Position numbers and translations under genes: made by a program. A DNA stretch of 64,000 nucleotides from Gammaproteobacteria bacterium (GTDB lineage: Bacteria > Pseudomonadota > Gammaproteobacteria > G965277405), in NCBI GenBank assembly GCA_965277405.1, contig OZ255726.1, positions 736,001-800,000 of the forward strand. Reading direction: 5' to 3'. This document shows positions 54,773 through 64,000 of the stretch, in pieces (position 1 is the first letter of the stretch; every line of letters begins with the position of its first letter). Below the pieces are notes generated by a model. That model made no database searches, was not told where the DNA came from, and saw nothing but the letters and a program-made list of their open reading frames with translations.

Positions 54773-56506
54773 TTGCGACTGCTGCTTCATTTTATTCGTC
54801 CATACCGCATGCGGTGTTTAACTGCTGCTGCGATGCTATTGTGTGCTGCGGCAATTGTGCTGGTATTTCCCATTACCATTAAAGGATTAATTGATAATAG
54901 TATCGTCAGTGCGACTGCTGATAGCCAACTACTCAATGATTATGTTGTTATGGTCTTGTTGGTAGCTGTGTTGCTCGCCATATTTTCTGCAGCAAGGTAT
55001 TATACGGTTACTTGGCTGGGTGAACGTGTCATTACCGATATTCGCCAGCAAGTTTTTAATCATGTAATACAACAGAGTCCTGAGTTTTTTGAATCGACAA
55101 AAGTCGGGGATATATTATCGCGACTATCGGCAGATACAACGCTGATTCAGTCAGTACTGACATCGACAATTTCCTTTGGGCTGCGCAATACATTGTTGAT
55201 CATCGGTTCGATGCTGATGTTAATAATTACTAATCCTGTGGTGATTATTCCAATATTGATTGGGGTTGTTGTGTTGGTGACGCCGATTGCATTTATTGGT
55301 CGCTCGGTCAGGCGGCTGGCACGCACCAATCAAGACGATTTAGCGCATGCCAACTCCATTGCCAATGAAGGTATATCAGCAACACAGTTGGTACAAAGTT
55401 ATACCGCAGAAAACTTTGAAACTCTGCGATACGCTAAGGCAACCAATACTGCGTTTGCTACTGCTATTCGCCGCGTGACGACACGGTCTTGGTTAATTGT
55501 GTATGTGTTTATTGCCGTAGCCTTGACTCTACTTGCTGGGGTATATTTTGGCATGCAAATGGTGTTGCATGGTGAAATGAGTATTGGTGTGATGGGGCAG
55601 ACGATTATGTATATTTTAATGTTGGGCAGTGCTCTTACCACGATGGGTGAAGTATACGGCGAATTGATGCGCGCTGTTGGTGCCAGTGAACGCTTGTATG
55701 AGTTGTTGCAATTGCAGTCAAAAATTAATGACCCGCAGCAACCAATAGCTTTGCAAATTTCAGTAGATGGAGCAGATATTACATTTGCCAACGTGACATT
55801 TTCCTATCCATCTCGGTTGCATACTAATGCCGTTAATGCAGTTACTTTTCATGTAAGCGCGGGGCAGACAGTTGCTTTTGTTGGGCCAAGTGGCTCGGGC
55901 AAATCAACTATTTTTTCCTTGTTGCAACGCTTCTATGACCCAGGTGAAGGTTCAATTAGCATAGCTGGTAATACAATACAGCACTATACGCTTGAGCAGT
56001 TGCGAAAATCGATTGCGGTGGTTGCACAAGAAACGATTATATTTTCAGACTCGGCGATGGAAAACATCCGTTACGGAAATTTACACGCGGATGATAAACA
56101 AGTTATTCAAGCAGCTAAATTGGCCAATGCAGATGGTTTTATTCAACGGTTACCAGATGGTTACAGGACGTTTTTAGGCGAGCGCGGCACTCGGTTATCA
56201 GGCGGACAAAAACAACGAATAGCAATTGCGCGCGCCATCCTCAAAGATGCTCCAATTTTGCTGCTCGACGAAGCGACAAGCGCGCTAGATAGCGAAAGTG
56301 AACAGCAAGTACAGCAAGCGCTAGCAGCATTAATGATGAATCGAACAACGTTAGTGATTGCTCACCGACTGGCAACTATTCGTTCTGCTGACACAATTCT
56401 AGTGTTAGATGAAGGAAAAATTGTTGAACAAGGCAGCCATGAAGTATTATTACAAGATGATAAGCTGTATGCCTCTCTTGCAAAGTTACAATGGAAAAAT
56501 ATATGA
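54773..56506 (+). CDS. ABC exporter, fused permease/ATPase (MsbA-related)
   Basis: WLGERV..DIR, SRLSADTTLIQ, GPSGSGKST, LSGGQKQR, LLLDEATSALD. Confidence 0.93.
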   Translation: MRLLLHFIRPYRMRCLTAAAMLLCAAAIVLVFPITIKGLIDNSIVSATADSQLLNDYVVMVLLVAVLLAIFSAARYYTVTWLGERVITDIRQQVFNHVIQQSPEFFESTKVGDILSRLSADTTLIQSVLTSTISFGLRNTLLIIGSMLMLIITNPVVIIPILIGVVVLVTPIAFIGRSVRRLARTNQDDLAHANSIANEGISATQLVQSYTAENFETLRYAKATNTAFATAIRRVTTRSWLIVYVFIAVALTLLAGVYFGMQMVLHGEMSIGVMGQTIMYILMLGSALTTMGEVYGELMRAVGASERLYELLQLQSKINDPQQPIALQISVDGADITFANVTFSYPSRLHTNAVNAVTFHVSAGQTVAFVGPSGSGKSTIFSLLQRFYDPGEGSISIAGNTIQHYTLEQLRKSIAVVAQETIIFSDSAMENIRYGNLHADDKQVIQAAKLANADGFIQRLPDGYRTFLGERGTRLSGGQKQRIAIARAILKDAPILLLDEATSALDSESEQQVQQALAALMMNRTTLVIAHRLATIRSADTILVLDEGKIVEQGSHEVLLQDDKLYASLAKLQWKNI

Positions 56507-56919
56507 AATGGCTAGCCCCGCACACATTGATTTTTGTGACGATTGTGATTTTAGCCGCGACACAGGTAGCAACGTGGATATTCACCTTGGTAGTCTATTT
56601 CTTTACTGAGTTCTGGACATCAATAATTGTTGGCGTATCGGCAATAGTTGTCATGGTTGTGTCGTTTGTTTGTACCCGTTTTGCTCGGGCAAACGCTGTT
56701 GGAACAGTATGGTTTTTACTGCCACCGTTGTTGTTTACCGTGGCACCAATCGTCTATACTGTGTTTTTTAGCACCCCAGTTACAGAACCAGAACAACCTG
56801 TGAGTGTGGTACAAACGCTTATAGAAATAATACCGATGATAGCGCGTTTCGTGATACCCGTTGTACTGCTGAGTTTGGCATATTGGCAAGTTAGCAAGAG
56901 AATGCGCGTTGACGTATAG
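56503..56919 (+). CDS. Hypothetical membrane protein
   Basis: Four hydrophobic segments; overlaps neighbours on both sides. Confidence 0.65.
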   Translation: MKWLAPHTLIFVTIVILAATQVATWIFTLVVYFFTEFWTSIIVGVSAIVVMVVSFVCTRFARANAVGTVWFLLPPLLFTVAPIVYTVFFSTPVTEPEQPVSVVQTLIEIIPMIARFVIPVVLLSLAYWQVSKRMRVDV

Positions 56920-58969
56920 TGTGTTGAGTGATTTTGAATTGTTACGGCCATGGTGGCTTTGCGGTATCCCCATATCTTTTGTGTTGGTATGGCTGTACAC
57001 GCGGTATTTTGACCCGAATGAAATGATGAAACGTGTGGTTGACCCAGCACTGCACGATGATGTTTTGCACATCCCCAATGCATACTCGCCACTCAAAAAA
57101 AAAATATTACTGATCTCGATTTTAGTATTATCTTTCATCGCCTTGTCAGGGCCAAGTTTTCAAAAGGTTGAGCAACCACTAGTCAGTAAAAAATCAGGCT
57201 TAATTCTTGTATTAGACATGTCGTTTTCGATGGCAGCAACAGATATTAGCCCAAGCCGCTATCAAATTGCAAAATTTAAAATACGCGATATTTTAGCGAC
57301 AAGAGACGAGGGGCAAACTGCGTTGATTGCGTATGCTGGAGATGCGCACGTTGTCGTGCCGTTGACGACTGATACAGCAACAATCGAGCACTTTTTAGAC
57401 GGATTATCGCCGCAAACAATGCCTGTATACGGCAGCAAGCCACAACGTGGCATCGAAGCGGCTGCAGCTATGATTACGCGGAATAATCTTAACAATGCGC
57501 AGGTGTTAATTTTTACTGATGGCTTTCCAGCAAATGCAATAGCGCCGATGGCTGCATTGGCAAAAAACATGGGTATGCAGATTGGGGTGTTAGCAATTGG
57601 TACCAAGCAAAAAGTTCCAATTGCATTATCAGGCGGCGCATTGCTACGCGACAATAACGATAATATAGTCGTAGCAACGTATGAGCCTGAGACCTTGCAA
57701 AAATTTGCGCAACAAGCGAATGCCGCGATTATAGCAGTGGATAGCGACTCAAACGATATTGAATATTTACTGCGAACCACACAGCCTGATGTCACGGTTT
57801 CCAAGACAAAGCAATCAAAAATTTTAGCGCTTGACCAAGGGTATTGGCTTATTATTCCGCTACTGCTTTGCTTTGTATTGGGGGTTCGGCAAGGGTATAT
57901 TTTTTGTATACTGCTGGTCGTTGTTCCGCTGCCAGGACACGCTATGGAGATTGACTGGAGCGATATCCTTGGTAGACAACACCGCCAGGCGCAACAAGCA
58001 ATTATGCAAGATGATTTTGCTGCGGCCGTCGCTACATTTCATGACCCGCGCTGGCAAGGATATGCCGCGTATAAAAATGGCGATTTCCAGCAAGCGATTG
58101 ATATATTACAAAACACCAGCGACCCAACATCTCGATTTAATCTAGGGAATGCCTATTTACAGCTACAGCAGTTTAAACCGGCAATCAGCGCATATGAAAA
58201 AGTCCTTGCTAGCGCAGGAATATCGCAGCAGTTGCAACAAGATGCGCAGGCGAATATAGCATTTGCAACAGCTAGCCAACAGGAGCAACAGGCAGGCCAG
58301 CAACAAGACCAACAAGGACAACAAGGACAGCAAGGTAAACAGGGTCAGCAAGACCAGCAAGGTCAGCAAGGCCAGCAAGGTAAACAGGGTCAGCAAGGTC
58401 AGCAAGGTCAACAGGACCAGCAAGACCAGCAAGGTACACAAGACCAGCAAGGTCAGCAAGGTCAGCAAGGCCAGCAAGGTAAACAGGGTCAGCAAGGTCA
58501 ACAGGACCAGCAAGGTACACAAGACCAGCAAGGTACTCAAGGTCAGCAAGGACAACAAGACCAGCAAGGTCAACAAGGACAGCAGTCAGCATCCCAGTCC
58601 CAAAGCGTTGCTGCTGCGCATAGTCAGCAGGCACAGTCAGACCATCAAGAAGGCATGCAGCAAGCAAACGGCAACCAACAACAGCTCGGACAACACCATG
58701 ACGCTGAAAATACTGGCAATCAAAATGGCGCAGACAATAATGAAGAAGCTCAGAATACAACTATGCAACAGCAACATGCAGCTGCAAACCAATATCCAGC
58801 AACAAGTGTTTTTTCGATGGACAGTCCAACGAGCACACCCACAAATCAAATTGACATGTTACTTGATAAAATTGAGGATAATCCAAGTGAACTATTGCAA
58901 AGAAAATTTTACAATGAGCAACAAAGACGCAATCAAGGACAGTCATTAACCAGTGATGAGGTATTGTAA
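56909..58969 (+). CDS. VWA + TPR protein (BatB/BatC-like) with Gln-rich linker
   Basis: LRPWWL, MIDAS DMSFSM, YAGDAHVVVPLT.D, FNLGNAY TPR, LDKIEDNPSELLQRKF. Confidence 0.9.
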   Translation: MTYSVLSDFELLRPWWLCGIPISFVLVWLYTRYFDPNEMMKRVVDPALHDDVLHIPNAYSPLKKKILLISILVLSFIALSGPSFQKVEQPLVSKKSGLILVLDMSFSMAATDISPSRYQIAKFKIRDILATRDEGQTALIAYAGDAHVVVPLTTDTATIEHFLDGLSPQTMPVYGSKPQRGIEAAAAMITRNNLNNAQVLIFTDGFPANAIAPMAALAKNMGMQIGVLAIGTKQKVPIALSGGALLRDNNDNIVVATYEPETLQKFAQQANAAIIAVDSDSNDIEYLLRTTQPDVTVSKTKQSKILALDQGYWLIIPLLLCFVLGVRQGYIFCILLVVVPLPGHAMEIDWSDILGRQHRQAQQAIMQDDFAAAVATFHDPRWQGYAAYKNGDFQQAIDILQNTSDPTSRFNLGNAYLQLQQFKPAISAYEKVLASAGISQQLQQDAQANIAFATASQQEQQAGQQQDQQGQQGQQGKQGQQDQQGQQGQQGKQGQQGQQGQQDQQDQQGTQDQQGQQGQQGQQGKQGQQGQQDQQGTQDQQGTQGQQGQQDQQGQQGQQSASQSQSVAAAHSQQAQSDHQEGMQQANGNQQQLGQHHDAENTGNQNGADNNEEAQNTTMQQQHAAANQYPATSVFSMDSPTSTPTNQIDMLLDKIEDNPSELLQRKFYNEQQRRNQGQSLTSDEVL
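58282..58585 (+). repeat. 9-bp-unit coding tandem repeat (QQG/QQD/KQG/TQD)
   Basis: CAGCAAGGT / CAGCAAGAC variants with higher-order blocks. Confidence 0.9.
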
Positions 58970-58975
58970 ATCGCT

Positions 58976-60652
58976 ATGAAGCAACTAGGCATTGTAGCTG
59001 TATTATTTTGTTTTATCAGTCAGGCGCATGCCTTTATTACTGTAGAGACGGACCGAACCAGCATCGGCATTGGTGAGGGCTTGACGCTGACGATCACGAC
59101 TGATACCAATCTAGACAATATTGACTTAGCGCCGATTGCAGTAAACTTCACCATTAGTGGCAAACAAACCAGCAATAGTATCTCTATTGTGAATGGCAAA
59201 CGCTCAGATAAACATACTCTTACATTGCAGCTTTTGCCAAAACGCCAAGGGATTTTGGTAATTCCTGCGTTGCAGCAGGGTTCATCAATATCAAAACCAT
59301 TACAAATAACCGTTACCAAAACGCGACCAACTACTACTGGCGACGTGGCAAGTATACAATTAGAAATCATTAGCCCTCAACAGAAAATCTGGGTGAATCA
59401 ACAAGTCATTGTTGCAGTGAAGCTATATTATTTAACCAATAAACTTCGCGAAGGAACTTTGACCGAGTTGACTGTTGCCAATGCACATGTCGAATTTCTT
59501 GGGCAACAAAAAAGCCAAGTCTCGCGTGATGGCTATGTATATCAGCTACTAGACAGACGCTATGCGGTATTCCCCACAATATCTGGGAACATTGATATTC
59601 AACCCGTTCGCTTGCAAGGCAGCGAGGTCGTGCAAGGTTCAAGTAGCCAGTTTTTTGGCTTATCGCAAGGACGCGCATTACAACGCATTTCAAATTCACT
59701 AACGATACAAGCCCTGCCACCAGAATACACGGATGCGCCGTGGATAGTCGCAGGCGACGTACGCTTGCAGCAAACGTTTGATACCAATACGTGGCGTGCA
59801 GGTGAGCCGATTGGACGCAAATTATCGATAATAGTGAACGGAATGCCGTATCAGTTATTGCCAAAACTACAGCCAGTTGAATTGCCGGGCAGTAGAGTGT
59901 ATCAAGACAAAAGTGACACAGACAACCAAGTTAATCTCAATGGTGTGATTGCTAAAGTTACAGATAAGCAAGTATATATCCCAACGAATGCTGGGCAGCT
60001 GACTTTGCCTGCTATGGAGTTGAAATGGTGGAACCCCAACACCCAGAGCGTTGCGGTTGCTAGGCTTGGCAAAAAAGTCTTGCAGGTTGAGGCTGCGACG
60101 CAACAACAGGTTACGGCAACTATCGCTGCACCTATAGATAATACCATGGCAAAAAAAATTGATACTCCCCTACCAACAACGCCGCAGCGTTCACCACAAT
60201 TGTGGTGGCTGGCGCTGCTCAGTTTAGGATTCAATGCCTTATTGATTATTGGCGGTGTTATGTATTGGTGGTCGAATACCCGCAGCGTTGTTATTAAGCG
60301 CGGTATGGTCGACGATAGTCAACAGTTCACCGAGTTGCAATTGGTTATGCAACAACAAGACGTTCATCAGTTGCGTTTTGTATTAAATCGCTGGTTCGCT
60401 GTCCACCAGCTCCCGCATATTAAGCGTATCAGTGAATTGACAAGTGTATTGGAAAAATATGTAGCGGATGGTGATGCGCTGGCAAAGCAGGTACATGCTC
60501 TTGACCGGTGGATGTTTCATAACGGCCCATTTATGCCATTGGATTGGCTCGATAGTATTATTAAAACCATCCGTTCTGGCAAGGTTGACCAGCGCGAGTT
60601 GCAAGCCAAAGAACACGATAGAGTGCTGTATACACTATTGGCGCAACGCTAA
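58976..60652 (+). CDS. BatD family protein
   Basis: Signal peptide, SISIVNG, RYAVFP..SG, GEPI.R, LPAMELKWWN, C-terminal TM. Confidence 0.85.
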   Translation: MKQLGIVAVLFCFISQAHAFITVETDRTSIGIGEGLTLTITTDTNLDNIDLAPIAVNFTISGKQTSNSISIVNGKRSDKHTLTLQLLPKRQGILVIPALQQGSSISKPLQITVTKTRPTTTGDVASIQLEIISPQQKIWVNQQVIVAVKLYYLTNKLREGTLTELTVANAHVEFLGQQKSQVSRDGYVYQLLDRRYAVFPTISGNIDIQPVRLQGSEVVQGSSSQFFGLSQGRALQRISNSLTIQALPPEYTDAPWIVAGDVRLQQTFDTNTWRAGEPIGRKLSIIVNGMPYQLLPKLQPVELPGSRVYQDKSDTDNQVNLNGVIAKVTDKQVYIPTNAGQLTLPAMELKWWNPNTQSVAVARLGKKVLQVEAATQQQVTATIAAPIDNTMAKKIDTPLPTTPQRSPQLWWLALLSLGFNALLIIGGVMYWWSNTRSVVIKRGMVDDSQQFTELQLVMQQQDVHQLRFVLNRWFAVHQLPHIKRISELTSVLEKYVADGDALAKQVHALDRWMFHNGPFMPLDWLDSIIKTIRSGKVDQRELQAKEHDRVLYTLLAQR

Positions 60653-60756
60653 CAAAAACGCTATATGCGCTTGCTAGCCAATGATATTGATGTTGCTTAA
60701 TTCGTTTGACCTTAAAAGAATATAAGCAAATGTTGGACAATACGTTGATGCTTACA

Positions 60757-61932
60757 TTATATGTCTACAAGTGCTTGAACGATATCTTCAGCAATATCTT
60801 GCCAGTGTTCAAGTCCAACAGATATACGGATCAATCCATCACAAATACCTTGGTCGCAGCGTTGTTGTGGGGTGAGTTTTGCGTGGGTGGTGGTGGTTGG
60901 GTGGGTGGCGATGGTGCGGCTGTCTCCAAGATTTGCAGAAATGGTGAGAAGTTGCAGCCGGTTGAGAAGCCGTTGGCAGGCTGGAGTGCCGCCATCAATG
61001 GTAAATGTTACTAAGCTACCGCCAAACTTCATTTGTCGTTGCGCAATGTCATGTTGCGGGTGTGTTGCTAGCATCGGGTAGCTGACTGAAGTTATTGTTG
61101 GTTGTTGTTGTAAATGTTTGGCAAGGCGTAGCGCGCTTTTAGATTGCTGGCGGACACGAATTGCCAGCGTTTCTATACTGCGCGAGAGCAGCCACGCATT
61201 CATTGCTGACATCGTTGGCCCGGTGAGGCGGAGGATTTGCATGAGTGGGTCGATGTATTGCTCGCTAGTGACCACAACCCCGCCAATGCATCTGCCGTGC
61301 CCATCGAGCAGTTTAGTTGCTGAGTGGATGATGATATCCGCACCGTACTTTGCTGGGTTTTGGATAATTGGTGAGGCGAAGCAGTTATCTACGCAGTAGG
61401 CAATATTGTGTTGTTTGGCAATGACGCCAATCTCGGCTAAATCTGTGAGGATTAGCCCAGGGTTGCTGGGCGTTTCAACCAATACCATTTTGGTGTTGTC
61501 TTGAATCGCATGTTGCCAAGCTACGTTGTCCGTTGGGTTGACAAATGTGGTGCTGATGCCCCAACGCGGCAGCAGAGTATTGAGCAATTGATACGTTGAA
61601 CCAAACAATGAGTTGCCACTGACGATGTGGTCGCCTTGGTTGCAAACGGCCATAATCGTGGCAAATATTGCTGCCATCCCGCTTGCTGTGGCGATTCCGT
61701 GCGGCAGGTCTTCGAGCACGCAGATTCGGTCAATAAATTCATCGGTGTTGGGGTTCTGATAGCGTGAATAGGCATGGCTGTTTGTTTCGCCAGCAAAGCA
61801 GGCCTGAATATCTTCTGCGCTATCAAAGGCGTAACCAGAGGTAAGAAAGATCGGTGGTGTATTTTCGTTGATTGCCGATTTAGCAATGCGGGTGTGGATG
61901 ACTTGGGTTTCAGGTTTTTTTGCAGGAGTCAT
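60757..61932 (-). CDS. metZ: O-succinylhomoserine sulfhydrylase (trans-sulfuration PLP enzyme)
   Basis: PIFLTS, YSRYQNPN, SGMAAI, ETPSNP, VDNCF, HSATKLLDG.GR, NLGD. Confidence 0.85.
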   Translation of the reverse strand: MTPAKKPETQVIHTRIAKSAINENTPPIFLTSGYAFDSAEDIQACFAGETNSHAYSRYQNPNTDEFIDRICVLEDLPHGIATASGMAAIFATIMAVCNQGDHIVSGNSLFGSTYQLLNTLLPRWGISTTFVNPTDNVAWQHAIQDNTKMVLVETPSNPGLILTDLAEIGVIAKQHNIAYCVDNCFASPIIQNPAKYGADIIIHSATKLLDGHGRCIGGVVVTSEQYIDPLMQILRLTGPTMSAMNAWLLSRSIETLAIRVRQQSKSALRLAKHLQQQPTITSVSYPMLATHPQHDIAQRQMKFGGSLVTFTIDGGTPACQRLLNRLQLLTISANLGDSRTIATHPTTTTHAKLTPQQRCDQGICDGLIRISVGLEHWQDIAEDIVQALVDI

Positions 61933-62342
61933 GGTGTGACGTGGAGCGCATGGGTAATGAGTATGGTAGCAAGCAAATGTTGCGCAACTGAGCAATATTT
62001 ATCAATTGCTAGTTACAACGCCTTGGTTGCTTTGACTTGATCAATTTCACCGCTGATATAAAAATCAGCGTGGATGTTGGTGAATGTTGCAGGTGTTGCG
62101 TTGGTATCGCGTTGCGCATCGATTACAATAGCCAACGAGCTAACGCGCTGTTGTTGTTTTTGTAAAATTAGCAAAAAATCAATACTAGCACACGTGGCAA
62201 ATGCCGTAGGCAATAATTCCATCGGCCGAAATCCAGCAGCATCACCACTGAGCGCAGGCGTTGCAACTATAGCGCAGCCATGCCCTTGCTCATTGCGTGC
62301 CGTAAAAGTGTAATCAGCAGTTAAGTCGATCGTTATTTTCAT
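61929..62342 (-). pseudogene. OsmC-family protein with an internal TAA
   Basis: GFRPMELL...CASID; after TAA at 62013-62015 the frame continues LAIDKYCSVA... to a TGA overlapping the metZ ATG. Confidence 0.85.
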
Positions 62343-62508
62343 TACTGCATCTCTATATATTCATGCAAGCATGGCAACCTTTGCTTAAGTCCAAGATGGG
62401 CAAGACGGAGCAAAGCCACGTTCAAGTAGCGTTTGCCGTCGCTATATGCAATATACTCGTGTTTGCGGCAATTACTGAATTTTATCAGCGTCTTCATGGG
62501 CATATTGG

Positions 62509-62758
62509 GGAAGCTCTGATTAACTCGCTGATGGAGCGAGTTTGCCTGCAATGACTGTTGATTGCAAGGCGCAGAGCGCGCGCATGCCGCTGGCGCATGA
62601 CCTAGCTATACGCCAAGGGATGCAACACAGCAAGTACCGCTGCTACAAACCCAAAGTATATTCAACACAACGACGGGGTAAAACGCTGTGCGCCGTCGTT
62701 GCAGCACTTGGCAATGCACCACAAGACCCACCAGTATTATCTGCGTGCTTCGGCTTAA
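62509..62758 (+). mobile_element. ~300-bp MITE family copy, truncated at its internal TTAA
   Basis: GGAAGCTCTGATTAA TIR; ends CTTAA at the next IS TIR. Confidence 0.87.
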
Positions 62759-63574
62759 GGAAGCTCTGATTAAGCCTCGCATATACTCCAAAAAAGTAAT
62801 AGCAATAATTTTCAATGGTCAATATTTGACCATTTCGCTGATCTTCTGTTGCTTTTTTACTGTTTTTATTGTTTTTTACTGTTTTTCTTGAATTTTGGGC
62901 GGTTCTATCCTGTTAGTCGTCCTCGCAGCATGTATAAGTTCGTCAATGCCAGCAAAGAAAATACTTGTACTCGATTCTTTTCTAGTCCTTTGTAGCGAGC
63001 TTTCTTATAACCAAACTGACATTTGATTACCCGAAAACAGTGCTCAATCCGGGCGCGCACCTTAGAGTTCTGTGTATTGCGTTTGCGCTGCGAGCCGCTC
63101 ATTTGCTGCTTTGGTTTACGTTTATCATTCACGCGCCAATCTATCCCAAGGTGACGCGAGCCGCGTTTATAACTGTCGCTCGTATATCCTGCATCGGCAA
63201 AGATAACCTTATCTGTTTCACGCAGCAATTTTGGGAGTTCATTGATGTCAGCTGCATTCGCGGCTGTCACTGTCGCGCTATGAACCATATAAGACCATTG
63301 TATTAACATGTACACGGAGCAGCGTTTGCAGCGGATATTGTGGTCGACCGCCTGTTGTGCGCAGTTTTAGTATAGTGTTTAGCGATAACTTCATCTAACT
63401 GCTGCCATGGAATAACAACTGCTAATTTCTCAAGAAGTATTTCTGTACGGGTTTTAGTTGCTGATGTGCGTATTCCAACTCAGCAAACGTCATTTGCTGT
63501 ATATCAATTCTCAAAAACAATAGTTAGAGCATTATGGTAAATTAGTTGGGTTTTTTTGGTTTTTCAGAGATGCC
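62759..63574 (-). mobile_element. Chimeric IS5: type-B 5' part joined to type-A 3' part
   Basis: 62759-63291 matches the type-A 3' half; 63292-63574 matches the reverse complement of ~35187-35480; ends GGAAGCTCTGA and GGCATCTCTGA. Confidence 0.8.
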
Positions 63575-63817
63575 CTAGTAGAGTTTAGCTGTACTTGTAT
63601 ATTATTGCTTGAATCTTTTTCGTATTTTAAAATATTGTCGGCATCCTTTTTCAGCCTGAATCGCAACATTTAATTTATAAAAAATTCATTTTTAATTCAT
63701 TTATTTTGTGTTTGCGCATATTTTTATAATAGTAAATATTTGACAATATTTTGTATTTTACCTGAATTTATACACAATATAGTGTAATATATTATTTTAT
63801 CACTTATGGAGTTTATA

Positions 63818-64000
63818 ATGTTTATCATACAAAATAAATTTAGTCTGGCGACAATAATTGCTGTTGCATTGTTGCTTACTGGGACCGCTTCTTTAGCCGC
63901 CAACGACGCAATTACACTGGGCCCCCGCCCTGCTTTTCTTATTGACCAAATGAGAACAAGCCCGCTCAAGGAAAAACTCCTCGCCTGCGCCAGTAGCCCA
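63818..64000 (+). CDS. Glycerophosphodiester phosphodiesterase family protein (5' part)
   Basis: GGAG RBS, signal peptide, then LGPRPAFLIDQM...LKEKLLAC. Confidence 0.7.
   Translation, partial: MFIIQNKFSLATIIAVALLLTGTASLAANDAITLGPRPAFLIDQMRTSPLKEKLLACASSP

Noticed and set aside
58163-58949. Long alternative-frame ORFs over the Gln repeat
   Set aside because: Stop-free frames are an artefact of the 9-bp repeat
52223-62015. Stop-to-Gln recoding suggested by several in-frame TAA/TAG at plausible Gln positions
   Set aside because: Core genes terminate normally with TAA and TAG; C-to-T decay of CAA/CAG is simpler, and frameshifts co-occur

Overview
Chromosomal window from a bacterium whose housekeeping genes look gammaproteobacterial: phoR, an actP-like symporter, modABC, mdh, rpmB-rpmG, carAB, lptFG, mutT, nrdR, aspS-yebC-ruvC, groESL, comEA, an MsbA-like exporter, Bat-like VWA/BatD genes and metZ. 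Compact core operons alternate with heavily decayed accessory DNA. (1) At 1-2593 is the end of a Mu-like prophage, apparently immobilised by two deletions (an in-frame MuA/MuB fusion and a repressor lacking its DNA-binding head), with gam still present. (2) IS5-family elements, a ~300-bp MITE family (at least 7 copies) and mini or chimeric derivatives share GGANNNTCTGA-type ends. Some sit on start or stop codons of host genes, and one pair brackets a foreign FN3/RCC1-repeat lipoprotein pseudogene. (3) At ~30.7-38.1 kb is an AT-rich patchwork of Flavobacteriaceae-like genes with Bacteroidetes promoter motifs. (4) At 44.5-50.4 kb is an Agrobacterium-like oxidative uronate cluster (gci, GntR, TRAP, udh). 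Scattered nonsense and frameshift lesions fit a host-associated genome in an IS-expansion and decay phase (inference). No rRNA, tRNA or CRISPR array was seen. All homology calls come from motif recognition by eye, not from database searches.
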